DNA of 25,147 nt from Pseudomonadota bacterium (lineage in GTDB: Bacteria > UBA10199 > 2-02-FULL-44-16 > JAAZCA01). The notes beneath the pieces were generated by a model. That model did not search any database, was not told the origin of the DNA, and saw only the letters and a list, made by a program, of their open reading frames with translations. This document shows positions 18,255 to 25,147 of this stretch, piece after piece. Location: assembly GCA_043798915.1 (NCBI GenBank), contig JAZDOG010000043.1, positions 1-25,147 of the forward strand. The letters run 5' to 3'. Positions within the stretch are counted from its first letter, which is position 1. Every line of letters begins with the position of its first letter. Both the position numbers and the translations under genes were made by a program.

Positions 18255-19256
18255 TCAAGACGTGAGCGTAAATAAGAGGTGCTCAAACATCAACTGTTTA
18301 TTTGCCGTCGTTTCAAGGGTCCGCCGCGCCGCGGCTATCTCCGAGATTGCCCGCTCCGCCCTCTGAATCGGCATCAGCTCTGCCGCCCGGGCCGCGTCTG
18401 GGTGAATGAGAGACGAATTGTCGCCGGTCGTGCGGTAGCGCAGGCAGTCGCGATACCAGCTGGCGAGGAGATCGAAGATGAGCCGGAGCTCGGAGGCCTC
18501 GCTGTGGGACCATCCTTCGGCCGTCTGTATTATATCGGCGCCGCTGGCCTTGCCTCGAAGGGTGGTGAAGCGGTTCATGACCTCCACCACGAATTCCGGA
18601 TCGATCGCGAGCGCGCCCCCGACGCTTCCGCCCGATAGCCTGGCGATCATCATGGCTTGGGGCAAGGATGCGCGCCCGCCCTCGGAGAGGATGAGCGCGA
18701 CGTCTTCCTCAGCGAGCGGGCCGAATTCCACTCGGCGGCAGCGGGAGCGGATGGTCGGCAGGAGCGCGTGCGGCGCGGCCGATATGAGGACGAAGTGCGT
18801 CGCCTGAGGCGGTTCCTCGATGATCTTGAGGAGCGAATTGGCCGTGGCCTCCGTCATCCTGTCCGCCTCGTCGACGACGGCGAGCTTGGCCCGCGCCTCG
18901 AGTGGATGAAACTGGAGCTGCGATTGCAGATCGCGGACTTGCTCGATTTTGATCTCCTCCGACGGTTTTTTATCTTTGCCCGGCGGTGGCTCCCAGCCGG
19001 GTTGTATCGCCTCAGGTTCTACTGTGAAGACGTCGGGGTGGTTGCGCGCCGCGACTTTGCGGCAGCCGGCGCACGCGCCGCAGGCATCCGCGCCGCCGGA
19101 TGTGCAGGCGAGCGCCGCCGCGAGCGCGTTTGCAGTCATGCGCTTGCCCACGCCGCGCGGGCCGCTGAAGAGATAGGCGTTCGGGAGCCGGCCCGAGGCG
19201 AGCGCGCGCCTGAGCTCCTCGATCTGCCTCGGATGACCTGTGATTTTAGACCACAT
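18255..19256 (-). CDS. holB: DNA polymerase III delta-prime subunit
   Basis: AYLFSGPRGVGK, CGACAGC..HPD, IEQVR, ANSLLKIIEEPP and LLPTIRSRC. Confidence 0.95.
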   Translation of the reverse strand: MWSKITGHPRQIEELRRALASGRLPNAYLFSGPRGVGKRMTANALAAALACTSGGADACGACAGCRKVAARNHPDVFTVEPEAIQPGWEPPPGKDKKPSEEIKIEQVRDLQSQLQFHPLEARAKLAVVDEADRMTEATANSLLKIIEEPPQATHFVLISAAPHALLPTIRSRCRRVEFGPLAEEDVALILSEGGRASLPQAMMIARLSGGSVGGALAIDPEFVVEVMNRFTTLRGKASGADIIQTAEGWSHSEASELRLIFDLLASWYRDCLRYRTTGDNSSLIHPDAARAAELMPIQRAERAISEIAAARRTLETTANKQLMFEHLLFTLTS

Positions 19257-19272
19257 GGTTTGCTTTTGTCCT

Positions 19273-19914
19273 TCAGCCGATCGATTTCTCAACCGCCTTC
19301 AAGATTTCCTGGTGAATTGTTTCCGCATCCCGGGCCGCATCGATGACGACGACGCGCTTGGGCTCGGCCAGCGCAATCGCCAGATATCCCTCGCGGACGC
19401 GCTTGTGGAACTCCATCTCCTCGCGTTCGAAGCGGTCCTCGCTCTGCGCCACGGCGTCCTTCGAATTCCGAGCGTGCGCCCTGGCAAGCCCCGCCTCGGC
19501 CGCGCAGTCGAGGAGGATGGTGAGGTGAGGATCGAGGCCCCCGGTCGCAATGCTGTGGATCTGCCGGATGACCTCGGGGTCGATCCGGCGTGCGGCGCCC
19601 TGATAAGCGGTGGTCGCGTCCGCATAGCGGTCGCAAAGGACGATCTTCCCGTCCTCGAGCGCCGGCCCGATCACCTCTGTGACATGCTGGTTGCGCGCCG
19701 CCGCATAGAGGAGGAGCTCGGCCACGGGCGCCATGCCGTCGTGAGCGGCATCGAGGAGGATCGCCCTGATCCTGTCGCCGATCGCGGTCCCGCCCGGCTC
19801 GCGCGTCAGGACGACCTCCTGCCCCTTGCGCTTAAGGCAGTCGGCCAGCAGCCTGATCTGCGTCGTCTTCCCGCAGCCCTCGACGCCCTCGAATGTGATG
19901 AACGTGCCTTTCAT
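19273..19914 (-). CDS. tmk: Thymidylate kinase
   Basis: FITFEGVEGCGKTTQ, TREPGGT, CDRY...AYQG and DRFERE. Confidence 0.96.
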   Translation of the reverse strand: MKGTFITFEGVEGCGKTTQIRLLADCLKRKGQEVVLTREPGGTAIGDRIRAILLDAAHDGMAPVAELLLYAAARNQHVTEVIGPALEDGKIVLCDRYADATTAYQGAARRIDPEVIRQIHSIATGGLDPHLTILLDCAAEAGLARAHARNSKDAVAQSEDRFEREEMEFHKRVREGYLAIALAEPKRVVVIDAARDAETIHQEILKAVEKSIG

Positions 19915-19997
19915 CGCCGGATACGCATATAGCATGGACGCCCGGGCGACAAGGGGATTGTTTTTTGCGCTGGACTTGAAACTTAAGAATTGAGAGC

Positions 19998-20315
19998 ATG
20001 AAATCAGCTGATGAGGCGAAGAAAATGACCGACGACGAAGACATCCAGGCCTTGTTCAAAAGGGTGGAGGAGCACTTCGAGGGTGCCGATGAGGGCTCGC
20101 GCGCCATGTTCGCGATGCTCGTCAGGACCGCGCTCAAATATCGCGATACCCTCATCCACTCCACCGGCATTCCGCTGACGGTGGCCGAGACGCGCGAGGC
20201 GCTCGACTCCTTCATGGAGGTCATCAGGGTGCATCGCATCCCCGCCGGCCTCGACCGCCGCGTGAGGGACCTCGTCATACTCTGGCTGGAAGAATTAAAA
20301 GCAAAATCGAACTAG
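19998..20315 (+). CDS. Hypothetical all-helical protein
   Basis: Host-like codon usage; fills the gap divergent from tmk; no motif recognised. Confidence 0.7.
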   Translation: MKSADEAKKMTDDEDIQALFKRVEEHFEGADEGSRAMFAMLVRTALKYRDTLIHSTGIPLTVAETREALDSFMEVIRVHRIPAGLDRRVRDLVILWLEELKAKSN

Positions 20316-20357
20316 TGCGCTGTTGACAATTGTTGTGGCAGGCGTAAAAAAGAAGAC

Positions 20358-20738
20358 ATGGGCGATGTCATTCCGATTCATTCTCGCAGAATATTTTCGA
20401 TAGAAGAAGCGGAGGCGATCCTTCCGATCGTGCGCCGCATCACCGATCGCGCGGCAGCGGACGCGGGGGAACTGCAGGAACAGCTGCGCTTCGTGCCCGC
20501 CGACGAGCCGCTGTCGAAACGCCTGCATATGGAACTCGATGCGGTGGTCAGGCGCTGGTCGGTCAAGGTCGCGCAGCTGGGCTGCGAGCCGCGCGGCATC
20601 TGGCTCGTCGACTTCGATGCTGGGGAGGGCTGGTTCTCCTGGCGCATCGGCGACGATCGCCTGAATTTCTTTCATCCCCATGAAGCGGGGCTCGCCGAAG
20701 GGCCTTTCATGGGCCGCAGCGAAGAACTTCCCGTATGA
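20358..20738 (+). CDS. DUF2203-like protein
   Basis: RIFSIEEAEAILP...LG.EPRGIWLVDF...FSWRIGD..L.FFH..EAG pattern; overlaps the next gene (ATGA). Confidence 0.75.
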   Translation: MGDVIPIHSRRIFSIEEAEAILPIVRRITDRAAADAGELQEQLRFVPADEPLSKRLHMELDAVVRRWSVKVAQLGCEPRGIWLVDFDAGEGWFSWRIGDDRLNFFHPHEAGLAEGPFMGRSEELPV

Positions 20739-21352
20739 TTCACGCTATTATCAGACAGCTCGCGTTGGGCCAGATGATGAATTTCACCTACCTCGTCGGT
20801 CGGGAAGGCGGTGCCGCGTGCGCCGTCGTCGATCCCGGCTGGGAGGTGGGCGCGATCGCCAACGCGGCGAAGGCCGAGGGCTGGAAGATCGGGAAGATAT
20901 TGCTCACCCACTCCCACTTTGATCACGCCGGCGCCGTCGCAGAGCTGGCCAGGAGCACGGGGGCCGGCATCTATGTCCACGCGAGCGAGGTCGGCGAGAT
21001 ACCAAAGGGGCTCGAGGCGCATCCGACAGAAGAGGGTGCTGCGATAGATGTCGAAGGCCTCAATGTGAAATGCATGCACACGCCGGGCCACACGCCCGGC
21101 TCGCAGTGCTTCATAGTGGACGGCTCGATCATCACCGGCGACACGCTTTTCGTGGATGGCTGCGGCAGGGTCGACCTGCCCGGGAGCGATCCGCGGAAGA
21201 TGCTCGAATCCCTGGCGAGGCTCGCCAAGCTTCCGCCTGCGACGGTCATCTATCCCGGGCACGACTACGGGCCGGCTCCCACCTCGACGATAGGGGAACA
21301 GCTGAAGAGCAATCCGTATCTCAGCGCCCGATCGGAAGGGATGCTCTTATGA
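20735..21352 (+). CDS. MBL-fold metallo-hydrolase (glyoxalase II-like)
   Basis: THSHFDH, HTPGHTPGS, TGDTLF..GCGRVD and YPGHDY. Confidence 0.93.
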   Translation: MIHAIIRQLALGQMMNFTYLVGREGGAACAVVDPGWEVGAIANAAKAEGWKIGKILLTHSHFDHAGAVAELARSTGAGIYVHASEVGEIPKGLEAHPTEEGAAIDVEGLNVKCMHTPGHTPGSQCFIVDGSIITGDTLFVDGCGRVDLPGSDPRKMLESLARLAKLPPATVIYPGHDYGPAPTSTIGEQLKSNPYLSARSEGMLL

Positions 21353-23187
21353 AACCGTTTCTCGAAAAACTCATCGAAGATGGAATCCTCGCCGACGGCG
21401 CGATCGGGACCGAGCTCTACAGCCGCGGGATCTACTTCAACCGCTGCTTTGACGAGCTCAACCTCTCGAACTCCGCGCTCATCGGGCAGATACATGCGGA
21501 CTACGTGAGGGCCGGCTCGGGGCTCATCGAGACGAACACGTTCACCTCGAACCGCCCGGCGCTCGCGGCCTTCGGCCTTGAGGGGAAGGTGGGCGACATC
21601 AATCGCGCCGGCGCCCGCATCGCGAGGGAGGCCGCGGGGGAGAAGGCCTACGTGGCCGGGTCGGTCGGGCCCATCTCGTGGACCAAGAAGGACGCGGAGG
21701 CGATGGGGCCCTCCGAGATGCGCGCGATATTCTGCGAACAGATAGAGGCGCTGGCGGAGGGGGGCGTCGATGCGATCATCCTCGAGACGTTCACCCATCT
21801 CGAAGAGCTCCATGTCGCTTATCAGGCGGCGCGCGAGGTCTCATCCCTCCCGGTGATCGCGCAGGTCTCGCTCAAGCACCTCGGCGAGGGAGAGTTCGAA
21901 GGGCTCCTGCCCGAGTACGCGGCGATAGCGATCGACCACTGGGGCGCGGACGTGATCGGCGTCAACTGCTGCGACGGCCCGCAGGGCGTCTTCGAGGCGG
22001 TGAAGAGGATGACGGAGGTGACCGACCGGCCGCTTTCAGCGATGCCGAACGCCGGCCTCCCGCAGATGGTCCAGGGGCGGCTCCTTTATCTTGCGAGCCC
22101 CGAATACATGGCCGAATACGCTCGGCGCTATGCGCTCGCGGGCGTCGCGCTGATAGGCGGGTGCTGCGGCACCACACCCGCGCACATCCGCGAGATGAAG
22201 AGGTTCCTCAAGGCGATCAAGCCCGCTTCGAGGGGCGTCGGGAAGGCGCGCGCCCCATCCGAGCTGCCCGAGGCGAAGCTCCTCTCTCCCTCTGAAAAGG
22301 GCAAATTCGGCGCCGTGCTCGGGAATAAATTTGCGGTCTCGGTGGAGGTCGATCCTCCCCTCGGCGTGAATCCAGAAAAGGCGCTCGACGGCGCCCGGCT
22401 CCTCCTCGACATGGGCGTGGACGCCGTCAACATCGCCGACGGCCCGCGGGCGATGGCCAGGATGAGCCCGATGGCGCTGGCGGTCCTCATAAAGGAGAAG
22501 GTCGGGATCGAGACGGTCGTCCACTATTGCTGCCGCGACAGAAATCTTCTCGGCATGCAGATGGATCTGATCGGCGCGTCTGCCTTGGGGCTCAACAACG
22601 TCCTCCTCATCACCGGCGATCCGCCGAAGATGGGGCATTATCCGGAGGCGACCGCCGTCTTCGACATCGATTCGATCGGCCTCATACGCTTCGTCGCGAA
22701 CTTGAACAGGGGGCTCGACTTCGCCGAGCGGCCGATCAAGGAGTCGACGAAATTTCTCATCGGCTGCGGCGTGAACCCTGGGGCGGTCGATTTGAATCTA
22801 GAGGTGGAGCGCTACAGGCAGAAGGTAATTTCAGGCGCGGAGTTCGTCTTCTCGCAGCCCATCTATGATCCGAAACTCCTCGAGGAATTCTTCAAGAGGA
22901 CGGCGGATGTCCCTCGCATCCCGTTCTTCGTGGGGATACTGCCGCTCGCGAGCCTGAGGAACGCGGAGTTTTTAAACAACGAGATACCCGGCATGCAGAT
23001 ACCCAAGGCCGTCATGGACCGGATGGCCAAGGCGGCGACGAGCGAGGCGCAGCGTGATGTGGGCTTGTCCGTCGCGCGCGAGGCGCTCGGCGCGGCCAAG
23101 TCCATGGAGAGGGTGGGCGGGGCCTACATCTTCCCGCCGTTCGGAAATTATCAGCTGGTCGAAGAACTCCTCAGGGTCGTGAGATAG
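21349..23187 (+). CDS. yitJ: Bifunctional homocysteine S-methyltransferase / methylenetetrahydrofolate reductase
   Basis: DGAIGTEL, IETNTF, GVNC, PNAGLP and GGCCGTTPAHI (S-methyltransferase), fused to VEVDPP, CCRDRNLLGMQ and ITGDPPK (MTHFR). Real start is ATG 21349 (ATGA overlap). Confidence 0.92.
   Translation: MKPFLEKLIEDGILADGAIGTELYSRGIYFNRCFDELNLSNSALIGQIHADYVRAGSGLIETNTFTSNRPALAAFGLEGKVGDINRAGARIAREAAGEKAYVAGSVGPISWTKKDAEAMGPSEMRAIFCEQIEALAEGGVDAIILETFTHLEELHVAYQAAREVSSLPVIAQVSLKHLGEGEFEGLLPEYAAIAIDHWGADVIGVNCCDGPQGVFEAVKRMTEVTDRPLSAMPNAGLPQMVQGRLLYLASPEYMAEYARRYALAGVALIGGCCGTTPAHIREMKRFLKAIKPASRGVGKARAPSELPEAKLLSPSEKGKFGAVLGNKFAVSVEVDPPLGVNPEKALDGARLLLDMGVDAVNIADGPRAMARMSPMALAVLIKEKVGIETVVHYCCRDRNLLGMQMDLIGASALGLNNVLLITGDPPKMGHYPEATAVFDIDSIGLIRFVANLNRGLDFAERPIKESTKFLIGCGVNPGAVDLNLEVERYRQKVISGAEFVFSQPIYDPKLLEEFFKRTADVPRIPFFVGILPLASLRNAEFLNNEIPGMQIPKAVMDRMAKAATSEAQRDVGLSVAREALGAAKSMERVGGAYIFPPFGNYQLVEELLRVVR
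23161..23187 (+). repeat. 27-bp direct repeat, copy 1 (3' end of yitJ; attL-like)
   Basis: GAAGAACTCCTCAGGGTCGTGAGATAG; 26/27 identical to 24874..24900. Confidence 0.9.
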
Positions 23188-23229
23188 CTAAATCCTCAAA
23201 AAATCGGGCAAACTCCTATTTTTCTTGAA

Positions 23230-23274
23230 TTGACACGAATTATGAGTAAAAATACTCAATACATTGAGTAAAAA
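23230..23274 (+). promoter_or_regulatory. Promoter with triple TGAGTA/TACTCA operator
   Basis: TTGACA at 23230, then TGAGTA-AAAA-TACTCA-ATACAT-TGAGTA-AAAA (two overlapping palindromes). Confidence 0.65.
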
Positions 23275-23293
23275 ACATTACGTTTCGGATATC

Positions 23294-24487
23294 ATGTATA
23301 AGCGACCGTATTATAAAGAGATTATTTCAAGATTAAAAGAGCCGAGGCGGTTCATTCAGGTCATTTCCGGTCCCCGGCAGTCGGGGAAGACCTTTCTGAT
23401 CCGGCAGGTCCTCGATGAGATAGATTTCCCCTCGCACTATGCCCTTGCCGATGATCCCGCAATCCGCGATCGGGCCTGGATCGAAGAACAATGGGAGATT
23501 GGACGCGCGAAGGCACGGGAGGGGGGTAAGTGCGTCATTGTGATCGATGAAGCGCAGAAGATCGAGGGCTGGTCCGAGACGGTGAAGGGGCTGTGGGACA
23601 AAGACGCCGCGTCGCGCACGCCGCTCTCCGCCATCCTTCTGGGATCGTCGCCGCTCCTCGTTCGAAAGGGGCTCACCGAAAGCCTGGCTGGCAGGTTCGA
23701 GATCGTCCACCTGCCGCACTGGTCGTTTTCCGAGATGCACGAGGCATTCGGAGTCGACGTCGAGCAGTATGTCTATTTCGGCGGGTATCCCGGCGCCGCA
23801 GGGCTCGTCTCCGACGAGACGCGCTGGAGGCAATACGTCATCGATTCGCTCGTGGAGACGAGCATCTCGAAGGACATCCTCCTCATGAGGCGCGTCGACA
23901 AGCCGGCGCTCCTGCGCAGGCTCTTTCATCTGGGATGCGACTATTCCGGAAGAATTCTCTCATATCAGAAGATGCTGGGGCAGCTCCAGGACGCCGGCAA
24001 CACGACGACGCTCGCGCACTATCTCGATCTACTCGCCGGCGCGTGGATGCTCTGCGGCCTCGAGAAATTCGCCGGGCAAAGCGTTCGCCGGAAAGGTTCG
24101 AGCCCCAAATTCCAGGTCTTCAACAATGCGCTGATGACCGCGACGTCGGGCATCACGTTCGATGAAGCCAGGAAGGACCGTGAGCACTGGGGCAGACTCG
24201 TCGAATCCGCCGTCGGGGCGCATCTCGTCAATTCATTCATCCGGGGGAATGGCGCTGTCCATTATTGGAGGGAGCGCGGCCGCGAGGTCGATTTCGTCGT
24301 CGCAGCCGGAAAAAAGATTCTGGCGATCGAGGTCAAGGGCGGGAGGAGGAGAGACGCCCTCCCCGGGATGGCGGCATTTGCCAGGGATTTCAAGCCCGGC
24401 AGGCTCCTCCTTGTGGGCGGCGACGGCATTCCCCTTGAGGAATTCCTGTCTAAGCCGGGCGATCAGTGGTTCGAACAGATGGAGTAA
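23294..24487 (+). CDS. AAA_14/DUF4143-type ATPase with C-terminal PD-(D/E)xK-like domain
   Basis: Walker A GPRQSGKT, Walker B IVIDEAQK, LLGSS, ESLAGRF, GGYP, ESAV and YWRE...EVDFVV...AIEVK. Confidence 0.9.
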   Translation: MYKRPYYKEIISRLKEPRRFIQVISGPRQSGKTFLIRQVLDEIDFPSHYALADDPAIRDRAWIEEQWEIGRAKAREGGKCVIVIDEAQKIEGWSETVKGLWDKDAASRTPLSAILLGSSPLLVRKGLTESLAGRFEIVHLPHWSFSEMHEAFGVDVEQYVYFGGYPGAAGLVSDETRWRQYVIDSLVETSISKDILLMRRVDKPALLRRLFHLGCDYSGRILSYQKMLGQLQDAGNTTTLAHYLDLLAGAWMLCGLEKFAGQSVRRKGSSPKFQVFNNALMTATSGITFDEARKDREHWGRLVESAVGAHLVNSFIRGNGAVHYWRERGREVDFVVAAGKKILAIEVKGGRRRDALPGMAAFARDFKPGRLLLVGGDGIPLEEFLSKPGDQWFEQME

Positions 24488-24661
24488 TCTCACGACAGGC
24501 TCAATCAGTTGCCGTGCCCCCCCTTTTTTTTTCGTTTCCCTGATGTCTCTGGTTATTCCCACGCTCGCCGGTGAAGAGCACCTGGACCGAATTCGGAGTT
24601 ATCCGAGCTATGCCTCGAATAACAGACGGACTCTTATAACATACTGCATTATGGTCCTTTT

Positions 24662-24835
24662 ATGAAAAAAATATTTCCAAAATCATTGCAAAGTAGATGG
24701 AAAGATCCAAAAAGGTTTGATGCAGGTCCTTACAGGTCCAAGGCAAGGCTGAAGGTTGTATCAACGAAGAACGTGGAGTCGCTTTTAAACACATCCTCAG
24801 CAGAAGAAGTGATGAGAATGGACAACGAAAAATGA
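24662..24835 (+). CDS. Small basic hypothetical protein (57 aa)
   Basis: Manual translation MKKIFPKSLQSRWKDPKRFDAGPYRSKARLKVVSTKNVESLLNTSSAEEVMRMDNEK*; preceded by TATGGT-N6-ATG; its stop overlaps the next ATG (ATGA). Confidence 0.45.
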   Translation: MKKIFPKSLQSRWKDPKRFDAGPYRSKARLKVVSTKNVESLLNTSSAEEVMRMDNEK

Positions 24836-24873
24836 AGATCCCGACCTCAAAAGAAGGGGTCGTGTCGCCGATT

Positions 24874-24900
24874 GAAGAACTCCTCAAGGTCGTGAGATAG
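24874..24900 (+). repeat. 27-bp direct repeat, copy 2 (orphan yitJ 3' end; attR-like)
   Basis: GAAGAACTCCTCAAGGTCGTGAGATAG (EELLKVVR*). Confidence 0.9.
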
Positions 24901-24934
24901 AATTCCGAATCGTAGGATCGCAAGCCATAGCATC

Positions 24935-24973
24935 AAGAGAGAACGGAACGCCCCTTCCCGTTCTTTTTTTTTT
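24935..24973 (+). terminator. Rho-independent terminator, probably the original yitJ terminator
   Basis: AGAACGG...CCGTTCT stem running into a long T tract, about 35 nt after the orphan yitJ end. Confidence 0.7.
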
Positions 24974-25097
24974 GCTGTGCATCCTCCGTGACCCTCGATG
25001 ACACACCCAGGGCCTCGGCAAAGTAGAGTAAGCCCCTAAGTGGTATTGGAAAAAGTTTATGCTGGCCAATTATTTTGCGATCTGCTAGGCTGTCCGC

Positions 25098-25147
25098 ATG
25101 AATCCCCCGTTTCCTGATGGTTGTTTGGAAGGCCTGGTCGTTCGTCC
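25098..25147 (+). CDS. 5' end of an unidentified gene running off the window
   Basis: ATG 25098 (MNPPFPDGCLEGLVVR) preceded by TGC-TAGGCT-N6. Confidence 0.4.
   Translation, partial: MNPPFPDGCLEGLVVR

Larger units (their letters stand above)
23188..24900. mobile_element. Putative integrase-less genomic islet inserted at the yitJ 3' end
   Basis: Bounded by the duplicated yitJ end; accessory cargo with AT-rich flanks; an intrinsic terminator follows the distal copy. Confidence 0.6.

Noticed and set aside
15767..19932. Long plus-strand ORFs opposite metG, ricT, holB and tmk (also 3277..4278 and 11834..12871)
   Set aside because: Antisense shadows of well-supported genes.
21070..21348. N-terminal extension of the 705-aa yitJ ORF
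   Set aside because: Overlaps the MBL hydrolase; recognisable domain sequence begins at ATG 21349.
24551..24581. GGTTATTCCCACGCTCGCCGGTGAAGAGCAC, faintly like a type I-E CRISPR repeat
   Set aside because: Single copy, poor stem, no spacers and no cas genes.
25098..25147. Assigning the final partial ORF to SfsA
   Set aside because: Only 16 codons visible; similarity too weak.

Overview
GC-rich bacterial chromosomal window; gene content suggests a Deltaproteobacteria/Myxococcota-like genome (inference). Core genes are yggS (partial), a lipoprotein-mlaE-mlaF-mlaD operon, prkA-yeaH-spoVR, a DUF422 membrane protein, a REC/HD-GYP regulator, a double zinc-finger protein, an HhH-GPD glycosylase, tmk-holB-ricT-metG and DUF2203-MBL hydrolase-yitJ. 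Three accessory patches without any integrase or transposase are interspersed. (1) A truncated DUF4160 plus DUF2442 cassette lies between 17-bp direct repeats, next to an internally deleted second copy of yggS. (2) A stack of RHH-RelE and MNT-HEPN toxin-antitoxin pairs follows spoVR. (3) An AAA/DUF4143 ATPase islet is bracketed by a 26/27-bp duplication of the yitJ 3' end. A family of GC-rich hairpin repeats (7 arms at 5 loci, with compensatory stem changes) is dispersed through the window, and two copies are translated in frame inside one membrane protein. Several genes look leaderless (-10 box, 6 nt, ATG). All family calls come from motif recognition by eye; no database searches were run.
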